From contig CM059431.1 of NCBI GenBank assembly GCA_030390025.1, positions 136,774,001 through 136,838,000 of the forward strand: DNA of 64,000 nucleotides, given 5' to 3'. The notes under the pieces are model-generated. The model worked only from the letters and a program-made list of their open reading frames with translations. It ran no database searches and had not been told where the DNA came from. Numbering within the stretch: the stretch's first letter is position 1; each line of letters opens with the position of its first letter. The DNA comes from Squalus acanthias. Lineage: Eukaryota. The position numbers and the translations under genes were made by a program. This document shows, in pieces, positions 1-14,225 of the stretch.

Positions 1-3000
1 CCCACTGACCCAGACAAACAACTATATCCCACTGACCCAGACCAACAAGGATATCCCACTGACCCAGAGCAACAACGATATCCCACTCACCCAGACCAAC
101 AACGATATCCCACTGACCCAAACCAACAACGATATCCACTGACCCAAACCAACAACGATATCCCACTGACCCAAACCAACAACGATATCCCACTGACCCA
201 GACCAACATCGATATCCCACTGACCCAAACCAACAATGATATCCACTGAGCCAAGACCAACAACGATATCCCACTGACCCAAACCAACAACGATATCCCA
301 CTGACCCAGACCAACAACGATATCCCACTGACCCAGACCAACAATGATATCCCACTGACCCAAACCAACAATGATATCCCACTGACCCAGACCAACAACG
401 ATATCCCACTGACCCAGAACAACAATGATATCCCACTGACCAAACCAACAACGATATCCCACTGACCCAAACCAACAACGATATCCCACTGACCCAAACC
501 AACAATGATATCCCACTGACCCAATCAACAACGATATCCCACTGACCCAAACCAACAACGATATCCCACTGACCCAAACCACAACGATATCCCACTGACC
601 CAGACCAACAACGATATCCCACTGACCCAAACCAACAACGATATCCCACTGACCCAGACCAACAATGATATCCCACTGACCCAAACCAACAACGATATTC
701 CACTGACCCAAACCAACATCGATATCCCACTGAACCAAACCAACAACGATATTCCACTGACCCAGACCAACAAGGATATCCCACTGACCCAAACCAACAA
801 CGATATCCCACTGACCCAAACCAACATCGATATCCCACTGACACAAATCAACAACGATATCCCACTGACCCAAACCAACAACGATATCCCACTGACCCAG
901 ACCAACAATGATATCACACTGACCCAAACCAGCAACGATATCCCACAGAGCCAGACCAACAATGATATCACACTGACCCAAACCAACAATGATATCCCAC
1001 TGACCCAGACCAACAACGATATCCCACTGACCCAGACCAACAATGATATCACACTGACCCAAACCAACAACGATATCCCACTGACCAGACCCACAACGAT
1101 ATCCCACTGACCCAGACCAACAATGATATCCCACTGACCGAAACCAACAACGATATCCCACTGAACCAAACCAACAATGATATCCCACTGACCCATACAA
1201 ACAACTATATCCCACTGACTCAGACCAACAAGGATATCCCACTGACCCAGAGCAACAACGATATCCCACTCACCCAGACCAACAAGGATATCCCACTGAC
1301 CCAAACCAACATCGATATCCCACTGACACAAATCAACAACGATATCCCACTGACCCAAACCAACAACGATATCCCACTGACCCAGACCAACAATGATATC
1401 ACACTGACCCAAACCAACAACGATATCCCACAGAGCCAGACCAACAATGATATCACACTGACCCAAACCAACAATGATATCCCACTGACCCAGACCAACA
1501 ACGATATCCCACTGACCGAGACCAACAATGCTATCACACTGACCCAAACCAACAACGATATCCCACTGACCAGACCCACAAAGATATCCCACTGACCCAG
1601 ACCAACAGTGATATCCCACTGACCCAAACCAACAACGATATCCCACTGACCCATACCAACAATGATATCCCACTGACCCAGACCAACAAGGATATCCCAC
1701 TGACCCAAACCAACAACGATATCCCACTGACACAAACCAACAACGATATCCCACTGACCCAAACCAACAACGATATCCACTGACCCAGACCAACAACGAT
1801 ATCCCACTGACCCAAACCAACATCGATATCCCACTGACCCAAACCAACAACGATATCCCACTGACCCAAACCAGCAACGATATCCCACTGACCCAAACCA
1901 ACAACGATATCCCACTGACCCAGACCAACAACTGATATCCCACTGACCCAAACCAACAACGATATCCCACTGACCCAGACCAACAATGATATCCCACTGA
2001 CCCAACCAACAATGATATCCCACTGACCCAAACCAACAACGATATCCCACTGACCCAAACCAACAATGATATCCACTGACCCAAACCAACAAGATATCCC
2101 CACTGACCCAAACCAACAACGATATCACACTGACCCAGAACAACAACGATATCCCACTGACCCAGACCAAAACGATATCCCACTGACCCAAACCAACAAC
2201 GATATCCCACTGACCCAGACCAACAATGATATCACAGTGACCCAGACCAACAACGATATATCTCTGACCCAGACCAACAAGGATATCCCACTGACCCAAA
2301 CCAACAATGATATCCAACTGACACAAACCAACAACGATATCACACTGACCCAAACCAACAATGAAATCCCACTGACCCAGACCAACAACTATATCCCACT
2401 GACCCAGAACAACAAGGATATCCCACTGACCCAAAGCAACAACGATATCCCACTGACCCAAACCAACAACGATATCCCACTGACCCAGAACAACAAGGAT
2501 ATCCCACTGACCCAAACCAACAACGATATCCCACTGACCCAGACCAACATCGATATCCCACTGACCCAAACCAACAACGATATCCCACTGACCCAGACCA
2601 ACAATGATATCCAACTGACCCAAACCAACAACGATATCCCACTGACCCAAACCAACATCGATATCCCACTGACCCAAACAAACAACGATATCCCACTGAC
2701 CCAAACCAACATCGATATCCCACTGACCCAAACCAACAACTATATCCCACTGACCCAAACCAGCAACGATATCCCACTGACCCAAACCAACAACGATATC
2801 CCACTGACCCAAGACCAACAACGATATCCCACTGACCCAAACCAACAACGATATCCCACTGACCCAGACCAACAATGATATCCCACTGACCCAAGCCAAC
2901 AATGATATCCCACTGACCCAAACCAACAACGATATCCCACTGACCCAAACCAACAACGATATCCCACTGTCCCAGACCAACACCGATATCCCACTGACCC

Positions 3001-6000
3001 AAACCAACATCGATATCCCCCTGACACGGAGCAACATCGATATCGCACTGACCCAAACCAGCAACGATATCCCACTGACCCAAACCAGCAACGATATCCC
3101 ACTGACCCAGACCAACAATGATGTCCCACTGACCCAAACCAACAATGATATCCCACTGACCCAGACCAACAACGATATCCCACTGACCCAGAACAACAAT
3201 GATATCCCACTGACCCAAACCAACAACGATATCGCACTGACCCAAACCAACAACGATATCCCACTTTCCCAAACCAACAATGATATCCCACTGACCCAAT
3301 ACAACAACGATATCACACTGACCCAGACCAACAATGATATCTCACTGACCCAAACAAACAACGATATCCCACTGACCCAGACCAACATCGATATCCCTCT
3401 GACCAAAACCAACAACGATATCCCACTGACCCAAACCAACAAGGATATCAAACTGACCCAAACCAGCAACGATATCCCACTGACCCAAACCAACATCGAT
3501 ATTCCACTGACCCAAACCAACATCGATATCCCACTGACCCAAACCAACATCGATATCCCACTGACCCAGACCAACAATGATATCCCACTGACCCAAACCA
3601 ACAATGATATCCCACTGACCCAAACCAACAACGATATCCTTCTGACACAAACCAGGAACGATATCCCACTGACCCAAACCAACAACGATATCACACTTAC
3701 CCAAACAAACAATGATATCCCACTGACACAAACCAACAACGATAACCCACTGACCCAAACCAACAACGATATCCCACTGTCCCAGACCAACACCGATATC
3801 CCACTGACCCAAACCAACAACGATATCCCACTGACCCAGACAAACAATGATATCACACTGACCCAGACCAACAACGATATCCCATTAACCCAGACCAACA
3901 ACGATATCACACTGACCCAAACCAACAACGATATCCCACTGACCCAGACCAACAATGATATCACACTGACCCAGACCAACAACGATATATCTCTGACCCA
4001 GACCAACAAGGATATCCCACTGACCCAAACCAACAATGATATCCAACTGACGCAAACCAACAACGATAGCCCACTGACCCAAACCAACAATGAAATCCCA
4101 CTGACCCAGACCAACAACTATATCCCACTGAACCAGAACAACAAGGATATCCCACTGACCCAAAGCAACAACGATATGCCACTGACCCAAACCAACAACG
4201 ATATCCCACTGACCCAGAACAACAAGGATATCCCACTGAACCAAACAAACAATGATATCCCACTGACCCAGACCAACAAGGATATCACACTGACCCAGAC
4301 CAACAGGGATATCCCACTGACCCAGACCAACAACGATATCACACTGACCCAAACCAACAATGATATCCCACTGACCCAGACCAACAACGATATCCCACTG
4401 ACACAGACCAACAATGATATCCCACTGACCCAAACCAACAACGATATCCCACTGACCCAAACCAACATCGATATCCCACTGACCCAAACAAACATCGATA
4501 TCCCACTGACCCAAACCAACATCGATATCCCACTGACCCAGACCAACAATGATATCCCACTGACCCAAACCAAGAATGATATCCGACTGACCCAAACCAA
4601 CAACGATATCACACAGACCCAAACAAACAACGATATTTCACTGACCCAAACCAACATCGATATGACACTGACCCAAACAAACAACGATATCCCACTGACA
4701 CAAACCAGCAACGATATCCCACTGATGCAAACCAACAACGATATCCCACTGACCCAGACAAACAATGATATCACATTGACCCAAACCAACAACGATATCC
4801 CATTGACACAGACCAAGAAGGATATCCCACTGACCCAGACCATCAAGGATATCCCACTGACCCAAACCAACAATGATATCACACTGACCCAAACCAACAA
4901 CGATATCACACTGAACCAAACCAACAAAGATATCCCACTGACGCAAACCAACAATGATTTCCCATGACCCAAACAACAACGATATCCCACTGACCCAGAT
5001 CAACAATGATATCCACTGACCCAAACCAACAACGATATACCACTGACCAAGACCAACATCGATATCCCGCTGACCCAAACCAACAACGATATCCCACTGA
5101 CCCAGACCAACAATGATATCCCACTGACCCAAACCAACATCGATATCCCACTGACGCAGACCAACAATGATATCCCACTGACCCAAACCAAGAATGATAT
5201 CCGACTGACACAAACCAACATCGATATCACACTGACCCAAACCAACAACGATATCCCACTGACCCAGACCAACAACGATATCCCTCTGACACAAACCAGC
5301 AACGATATCCCACTGACCGAAACCAACAACGATATCACACAGACCCAAACCAACAACGATATCCTTCTGACACAAACCAGGAACGATATCCCACTGACCC
5401 AAACCAACAACGATATCACACTTACCCAAACAAACAATGAAATCCCACTGACACAAACCAACAACGATAACCCACTGACCCAAACCAACAACGATATCCC
5501 ACTGTCCCAGACCGACACCGATATCCCACTGACCCAAACCAACAACGATATCCCACTGACCCAGAAAAACAATGATATCACACTGACCCAGACCAACAAC
5601 GATATCCCATTAACCCAGACCAACAACGATATCACACTGACCAAACCAACAACGATATCCCACTGACCCAGACCAACAATGATATCACACTGACCCAGAC
5701 CAACAACGATATATCTCTGACCCAGACCAACAAGGATATCCCACTGACCCAAACCAACAATGATATCCAACTGACGCAAATCAACAATGATATCCCACTG
5801 ACCCAAACCAACAATGATATCCCACTGACCCAGACCAACAACTATATCCCACTGAACTAGAACAACAAGGATATCCCACTGACCCAAAGCATCAACGATA
5901 TGCTACTGACCCAAACCAACAACGATATCCCAATGACCCAGAACAACAAGGATATCCCACTGAACCAAACCAACAATGATATCCCACTGACCCAGACCAA

Positions 6001-8845
6001 CAAGGATATCACACTGACCCAGACCAACAGGGATATCCCACTGACCCAGACCAACAACGATATCACACTGATCCAAACCAACAATGATATCCCACTGACC
6101 CAGACCAACAACGATATCCCACTGACACAGACCAACAATGATATCCCACTGACCCAAACCAACAACGATATCACACTGAACCAAACCAACAAAGATATCC
6201 CACTGACACAAACCAACAATGATTTCCCATGACACAAACAACAACGATATCCAACTGACCCAGATCAACAATGATATCCACTGACCCAAACCAACAACGA
6301 TATCCCACTGACCCAGACCAACATCGATATCCCACTGACCCAGACCAACAATGATATCAAACTGACCCAAACCAACAACGATATCCCACTGACCCAAACC
6401 AACATCGATATCCCACTGACCCAAACAAACATCGATATCCCACTGACCCAAACCAACATCGATATCCCACTGACCCAGACCAACAATGATATCCCACTGA
6501 CCCAAACCAAGAATGATATCCGACTGACACATACCAACAACGATATCACACTGACCCAAACCAACAACGATATCCCACTGACCCAGACCAACAACGATAT
6601 CCCTCTGACACAAACCAGCAACGATATCCCACTGACCCAAACCAACAACGATATCACACAGACCCAAACAAACAACGATATCCCACTGACACAAACCAGC
6701 AACGATATCCCACTGATGCAAACCAACAACGATATCCCACTGACCCAGACAAACAATGATATCACATTGACCCAAACCAACAACGATATCCCATTGACAC
6801 AGACCAACAACGATATCACACTGACCTAAACCAACAACGATATCCCACTGACCCAGACCAAGAAGGATATCCCACTGACCCAGACCATCAAGGATATCCC
6901 ACTGACCCAAACCAACAATGATATCCCAATGACGCAAACCAACAAAGATATCCCACTGACCCAAACCAACAATGATATCCCACTGACCCAGACCAACAAG
7001 GATATCCCACTGACCCAGACCAACAAGGATATCCCACTGACCCGAACCAACAAAGATATCCCACTGACCAAGACCAACAATATATCCCACTGAGCCAAAC
7101 CAACAATGATATCCCACTGATCAAGAGCAACAACGATATCCCACTGACCCAGAGCAACAAGGGTATCCCACTGACCCAGAGCAACAACGATATCCCACTG
7201 ACCCAAACCAAGAACGATATCCCACTGACCCAGAACAACAAGGATATCCCACTGACGCAAACCAACAATGATATCCCACTGACCAAGACCAACAAGGATA
7301 TCCCACTGACCCAGACCAACAAGGATATCCCACTGAGCCAGTTCAACAATTATATCCCACTGACCCAAACCAACAATGATATCCCACTGATCAAGACCAA
7401 CAACGATATCCCACTGACCCAGAGCAACAAGGATATCCCACTGACCGAGAGCAACAACGGTATCCCACTGACCCAAACCAACAACGATATCCCACTGACC
7501 CAGATCAACAAGGATATCCCACTGATCCAAAGCTACAATGATATCCCACTGACCCAGACCAAGAAGGATATCCCACTGACCCAGATCAACAAGGATATCC
7601 CACTGACCCAGACCAACAACTATATCCCACTGACCCAAACCAACAATGATATCCCACTGACACAGATCAACAATTATATCGCACTGGCAAAGGCCAGCAA
7701 CGATATCCCACTGACCCAGAGTAACAAAGATATCCCACTGACCCAAACGAACAAAGATATCGCACTGACCCAGACCAACATCGATATCCCACTGACTCAA
7801 ACCAACATCGATATCCCCCGACCCAGAAAAAACATCGATATCCCACTGAACCAAACCAACAACCATATCCCTCTGACCCAGACCAACAACGATATCCCTC
7901 TGACCCAAACCAGCAACGATATCCCACTGACCCAGAAGAACAAAGATATCCCACTGACCCAGACCAACAATGATATCCCACTGACCCAAATCAACAACGA
8001 TATCACACTGACCCAGACCAACAACGATATCACACTGACCCAGACCAACAACGATATCCCACTGACCCAGACAAACAACTATATCCCACTGACCCAAACG
8101 AACAATGAAATCCAACTGACCCAAACCAACAATGATATCCCACTGTCCCAAACCAACAACGATATCCCACTGACCCAAACCAACTACGATATCCAACTGA
8201 CCCAAACCAACAACGATATCGCACTAACCCAGACCAACAATGATATCCCACTGACCCAAACCAGCAACGATATCCCACTGACCCAGACCAACAATGATAT
8301 TGCACTTACCCAGACCAACAATGATATCCCACTGACCCAAACCAGCAACGATATCCCACTGACCCAGACCAACAATGATATCGCACTGACCCAAACGAAC
8401 AACGATATCTTCCTTCCAATCCAACAACGAAATCACACTGACCCAAACCAACAACGATATCCTACTGACCCAGATCAGCATCGATATCCCTCTGACCCAA
8501 ACCAACATCGATATCCCACTGACCCAAAGCAGCAACGAAATCCCACTGTACCAAACCAACATCGAGAGCCCACTGACCCCAACTAACAACGATATCCCAC
8601 TGTCCCAAACCAAAATTGATATCCCACTGACCCAAACCAACAACGATATCCCACTGACCCAAACCAACATTGATATCCCACTGACCCAAACCAACATTGA
8701 TATCCCACTGACCCAAACCAACAACGATATCCCACTGACCCAAACCAACAACGAAATCCCACTGACCCAAAACAACTTCGATATCCCACTGACCCAAACC
8801 AGCATTGATATCCCATTGACCCTGACCAAAACAATATCCCACTGA
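1..8845. repeat. 27-bp tandem satellite, consensus CCCACTGACCCAAACCAACAACGATAT (over 300 units; runs off the left edge)
   Basis: Unit read directly from the sequence; GATATC in almost every unit; rare variants recur about 1.73 kb apart (GATATATCTCTGACC at 2255, 3984, 5708). Confidence 0.97.
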
Positions 8846-8849
8846 CACT

Positions 8850-9671
8850 GACGTAGACCAATATACAACTTACACAAACCTACTACAAATCTCCACTGAC
8901 CGAAGACTCCATCAAACCGCACTGACATGGTCCTGCACCGAGAAAACACTGACACACCCCTCCAAATAATCTCACTTAGCCAGCCATACACTGACAACCT
9001 ACTGACCCTTCCCTACAGCGACACCCCACTGACCCAGTCTAAACATACACCCCACTGGCCCAACATTGCCTGAATCCCCAGTAACCCACTCCTATAAGGA
9101 CAATCCACTCAGGCAGTCCTACACAGAAACAGCAACCAGCCACTCCTACACCAAATACCGACTGACACAGCCCCACGCCCCACTGACCCAGACCCACACC
9201 CCACTGACCCAGTCACACACCGACACACCACTCACCCAGACCCACAGCCTACTGACAGAGCCCACACCCCACTGACCCAGACCCACAACCAACTGACACA
9301 GTCCCACACCACATTCACCTAGCCCTTCACCCCACAGACACAGCCCTACAACCGACTGACCAAGCCCCACACCCCACAAACACAGTTCCCCATCCCAGTG
9401 ACCCAGCCCCACACCGACACAACACTCACCCAGCCCCACACCACACTGACCCAGCCCCACACCCCACTTACCCAGACCAACACCACACTGACCTAACTCT
9501 TCACCCGCTGACCCAGACCCACACCACACTTACACAGACTCACACCACAATGAAACAGCCCCACACCCCACTGGCCCAGACATACACCGACACCCCACTG
9601 ACCCAGACACACACCGACACCCCACTGACCCAGCCTCACACCCCACTGACCTAGTCCCACACCAACACCTC
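8850..9671. repeat. Degenerate C-rich 21/27-bp minisatellite (CCCCACTGACCCAGCCCCACAC...), reverse complement of the 23130-35160 array
   Basis: Units such as ccccactgacccagcctcaca are the reverse complement of tgtggggctgggtcagtgggg. Confidence 0.85.
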
Positions 9672-12418
9672 ACTGAGCAATCTGTGTGAAAGCTGTTGCC
9701 TGTCCTCAGGATTGCTTTCTAATAAAATATTCCTCAGTTGCTTCAGAACTTGGGAAGGCCTATCCAGTGAAATCGAATAGAAGGGATTAACAAATTGTTT
9801 CCACTAGAACAGTGAACAAAATTGTTTGTAAATTTTCTCGATCTCTTATCCCTGTTAGTGCAGTAAAACAGGCGAATGTATTTAATGTCCCGGGGCCCTG
9901 CTGTCTATTGATCATTTGAGCTAATTATTATATAAGGATTAGTAAATCGTTTCCACCTATCCGTGAGACAGGTGGTTTCAGCCCTGAAAGCGTTTTCCGT
10001 CGAACCTGTTTCTCTCTAAAGGGAGCGGGTCTCTCGGATTTTCTATTCAGCCAGTTTGATAATAATCGCTTCATTAACAGGATTTTATTCCCAGCAAATA
10101 CGGAAGTCACTGCTCCATTCTCCCGCTAATTCACATCCGCTCTGACTGAGTTAAACTGACATTTCTAGGTTATACAGCCTTTCATTATTATACTTAATCC
10201 CGGGTCAAGTTTTATCTCCGAAATTGCTCTGTTCTCTCCGGGCTCAGTTAACCAGAGGCTGATTTTCCCGGTGCTGGACATGAACGATAATCGGGAATGT
10301 GTTAACACTTCACTGAGTTGAACTATGTGTGTTCGGTCTTAAACTTCTAATCCCGCCTTTGATCAGTTCAATAGAAATGCACTGGGCAATAAATGTGCAG
10401 TGAGAGATATATTGTCCCAAAAATTAGTGAGTGAGCCTTCGTGCGAGGGTAAGGCTTCCCCGCGATCTCTCACTGCGCGCTGGCTTTTTTATTCCCAGCT
10501 CGCACGAACTTGATGTTCTGGACAGCAGCTCTGCAGTGCTTTCGTATCCCACAGGCGCAGTTATTTCGTGCGAGCTGTGGGATCACGTGACTCAGTTAGA
10601 GCCAATGGCAGCACACCATCTTTCATTCATAGCTTTCACAGCACGGCTGTGAAAGCTATGAATACTATACCCCCCAAAAGAACAGCTAAACCTCAATTAA
10701 ATTTAAAAAAAACAACACTTTAATAAAATAAGTATAGTTAAATAAAGTAACCACTTTAAACAAAAAATTAAATTTTTGAAAAAATTTAAAATCTTTTAAA
10801 AAGTTATAAAAATAAACTTTCCTTTCTTTAAAGTCTCCAAAAAAGATATACCTGTTGAAAAAAATTCAAAATAATACTTAATTAACTACTTACCTTGTTA
10901 AAAGAGGGTCTTACGCCTCCTTTCTTTATGTGCAAAATGTTCCATGCTTGCCTGCGCGTTCAAAGCACCTAGGAACCGCCCCCTTTTGAAATCACCAAGT
11001 GCCGGTTTTCAGCGCATGCGCAGTGCATGCAGAAAACCGGCAATTGGAGACAGAATACGCGAGAGTACACAGTGCGTACTCTCGCGTAGCGGCACTAATT
11101 TTTGGGCCAATAAAACATTCATACGGAGTTAGAGCGCCGCTGGTTTCCAGCCCTGTCTGTCTGAACTGTGAATTCGACAATAGGGAGGAGGCGCTAATGG
11201 ACAACAATGGGTTAAAGCCCCAGAGTTCGTGTTCCTGTTTTCTGTCCCGCAATCGCTTTTCAATGTGTCTGTAGGGAGACTGGGGGTGAGCAGGGGTACG
11301 ATTAGCCCTGAAATTGCCGGTGTAAAATGACAGCCCTCAGTTACAGTCTGAAACCAACTCACAGAATAGCTGCATCCCCGGCAATGGGGAACATATCAGA
11401 CCGCGGGTAATAAGCTTCAGAGAGGAAGAATAAATGGAGAAGTAAATTAATAAAATGCAGAAATGAATCTTATCATCTACATGAACCTTACCTTTACCCC
11501 TCATTGACTTTCTGTCTCTTTATTTCCGTGTAGATTATGCAAGTTATTAACTTGTTATTTCATTAAATCAATCAGGTTGAGGTTCCTTGTTTTAATTTAG
11601 CAGGTCACAAATTGGGAATTTCTGGTGAAAACAAATCGAACCGTTTGGCAGTTCGCTGCCGCGTTAAATGTAAACAAAGTTAGTTATACATTTTATTTCA
11701 TCTCTACTTGTTCAAGTAAAGTTCAGTAAAAGGACAAATGGTGAGAAATAAATTGTTGCATTTCCTTCTGGGGCATTGTTCACTGAAATTCCCATCATAT
11801 TTCCTGGTGTTTTGGCTTTGAGCCCAGCGTCCAAGAGCCAGTGACTTGTCAGTCAGCTGAAGGAGAGGCTGTTTGTGTACATGAGCGAATTAGCCTTTTA
11901 ACCGCCGAAGTAAACTATCCCTGAGCATCAATACAAACGCAATATACTGAAGATACTGGAAATCTGAAATAAAAACAGAAAATACTGGAGGTACTCAGCA
12001 GGTCAGGCAGCCTCTGTGGAGCGAGAAACAGCGTTAACGTTGCAGGTCGATGACCTTTCGTCAGAGCTGGCAAAACTTGGCGTTGTAACAGGTACCGAGC
12101 AGGCACAGAGGCTGGGGAAGGGGCGGGGAGGAAAGAACAAAGGAGAAGGACTGTGACATGTAGAAGGCAGCAGTGAAACAATGACTAAACGGATGATGAC
12201 GATGCAAAACCAAAAGGGGCTGGTAATGGGCCAAGAAAAGAAACAAAAGATGGGCCTGAGCAAATATAAATGAAAATCAGATTCATTACCAACAGCTGCT
12301 GTGCGGAAAATGGGAGCAGTGGTCATGATCTGAAATTGTTGAACTTTATGTTGAGTCCGAAGGGCTGTAAAGTGCCTAATCGGAAGATGAGGTGCTGTTC
12401 CTCGAGCTTAAATTGAGA
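9672..12418 (-). repeat. Left arm of an inverted segmental duplication (partner 20965-23129)
   Basis: actgagcaatctgtgtgaaagctgttgcctgtcctcagg (9672) is the reverse complement of cctgaggataggcagcagctttcacatagattgctcagt (ends 23129). Collinear matches continue to ctcgagcttaaattgaga (12418) vs tctcaatggaagctcg (20965). Confidence 0.92.
10412..11110. mobile_element. Non-autonomous DNA transposon / MITE, copy 1 (~700 bp; possibly PIF/Harbinger-related, superfamily not established)
   Basis: 18-bp TIRs ttgtcccaaaaattagtg / cactaatttttgggccaa (1 mismatch). The element is absent from the paralogous right arm (empty site near 22350-22365). Related copy at 47602-48360. Confidence 0.88.
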
Positions 12419-14115
12419 ACAAATGTGGCGGGAATGGACAAACTGGGAGAATGGAATAGAGGCATTACATGAAGCGGGGTGGTAGGAAGTGTAACCAATG
12501 TAGCTGTGGGTGTCACTGGTCTTATTCTAGATATTGGTCGACAACCTATCCCCAGAAATGGAGATAGCAAAGTTAAGGAAAGGATGGGGAGTGTAGGAGA
12601 TGGACCATGTTAAGTTGAAGTGTAGGCTTCGCAAAAACCCCCAGAAACTCGAACAGAACCCGGAGTGAAGTGATTTTTAAAGATCACAAGAAGAAAACCC
12701 TGAGGAAAATGACTTTTCGAATCTTACAGTTGGGAAAGACACCTTTCACAGATACAATGACTGCAGAGGGGCGTGGCCAGACAGTGTTGTAAGCTGTCTG
12801 CAGTGTTTACACTGCCTTCCTATCAAGGAGGAAAAGACAAAACCAAAAGCCTCACAACACAAAAGACAATATGAATAATCCAAGACCTCCTCTGAAATCA
12901 ATAAAACATTTTGTACTTCATCAAAAACCAATCAACCAGGTATCCACAGGACAGATTTAAAACCCGCCAATCGACCTAGGACAATAGGGTTGAGATTTGG
13001 CGCGCAGATAAGGCTGTGTTAAATCGGAAAACGATCAGGTATTGTTTAACAGTGAGCTAAAGCCATCGGAACTGGCAAGCCCGCCAATACTAGACAATGG
13101 ACTAAGCAGGGCTCATTTGCATCCTTAAGGAAACCGTTTTAGTAAGGGGTTTTTGGGCGCCAAAAAGACAATATAATTGAAAGCCTGTCCCAAAACTGTT
13201 TCTCTTTTGGACTCGCTGACAACGCCGGCACAGCTCTCCCCCTGCTCCAGCAAAACCACTACAAGCCACGAGGAGGAAGGCCAGCAAACAGACCATCACA
13301 CAAGAAGAAACCAGAGCGACTGCTACAGTGACCATCGGACACCTCGCAGCAACAAGGGCCTTACGAAAAATCCTGCCAAGGATTCGTTGGTGAGAATTAT
13401 CCCTGATCTCCTGAAAACAAAAACCTAGCTAGATAGTGGGATCTTTGGGAGGGATAAGGTTTTTGTTTGGTATATTGTCATTCTCCCTCGCCTGTACCGT
13501 GTGCTCCCCAATCTGTGTTTAAGTATTAAGTGTGTTTTAAGTTTTTTCCCTTTTTTTTCTTTTAATAAAGTAAAAATTCTTTCATCAGACCCTGTTGTCT
13601 ACTGCATTTTTGTTCACAACCCCTAAATAAGTCCAAAGTCGAGGAACCAGGGGCGTGGGAGCGAGTCGAACCGCTCACTGAGTCAGAAGTCGAAAGCTGA
13701 CCCCATTACCACCCCCTACAGAAGGACGGGTGAACATTTGAAATAAATTGGATGACATTTTCCAGTTCGGAGCGAGAGCAAGAGCAGTCATCAATGTACC
13801 GGAAAAGAGGTGAGGGAGGGGAACTAAGTAGGACTGGAAAAAAGAATGCTCCACATATCCCACGAAAAGGCAAGCATAGATAGTACCCATACGGGTTCCC
13901 GTAAGTCGTTGGATGAAGTAAGTGGAATTAAATGAGAATTTGTTCAATGTAAGAACAAGTTCAGCCAGGTGGAGGGGTTGGTGCTGGATGGGGATTGGTT
14001 GGGCCTGCATTCAAGCAAGAAGCGGAGGGTGCACAGACCATCCTGGTTTGGGGGGCGGGGCGGGGGCGGCGGGGCGGTGCTGTGCGTAGGTGGACAGGCT
14101 CTGGCCGTCCCTGGT
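11925..14115 (-). mobile_element. Penelope-like element fragment (RT remnant plus 3' end/pLTR), internally deleted and interrupted by a solo LTR
   Basis: Minus-strand peptide LAELVLTLNKFSFNSTYF...GTRMG..YACLFVGYVEH (PLE RT). The 3' end is shared with 20645-21432 and 44234-44714. Degenerate hammerhead core at about 12030-12068. Confidence 0.85.
12621..13720 (+). mobile_element. Solo LTR (1100 bp) inserted in the PLE
   Basis: Termini TGTAGG...CCTACA; 4-bp TSD GAAG at 12617-12620 and 13721-13724; AATAAA at 13564; PLE sequence resumes on both sides. Strand inferred from the AATAAA only. Confidence 0.85.
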
Positions 14116-14124
14116 GAAAAGGAT

Positions 14125-14225
14125 CAATGTTTCAATGTTTTGTGATAAAGCTCCTTTGATGCGCTCTCAGACGGTTTTCTGCAATACAGGCGCTATATAA
14201 ATGCAAGCTCTTGCTCTTGTTGTTG
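14125..14225 (+). mobile_element. L2/Deu-SINE-type 3' tail fragment
   Basis: ggcgctatataaatgcaag followed by ttgttgttg, the reverse complement of the tails at about 14900 and 16558. Confidence 0.6.

Noticed and set aside
22..8997. Long ORFs (up to 965 aa) of GLGQWDIVV / LLVWVSGIS / NNDIPLTQT repeats
   Set aside because: A 27-bp unit is 9 codons, so several frames stay open on both strands. Frequent 1-bp indels swap frames and there is no unique N- or C-terminus.
11068..11074. CACAGTG (V(D)J RSS heptamer / Transib-like end) in the MITE hairpin, and CACTGTG at 48322
   Set aside because: No nonamer at 12- or 23-nt spacing, and the heptamer is internal rather than terminal.
14049..14078. GC-box cluster (ggggcggggcgggggcgg) as a promoter
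   Set aside because: It is a short G-run expansion inside PLE coding remnant, with no surrounding CpG island.
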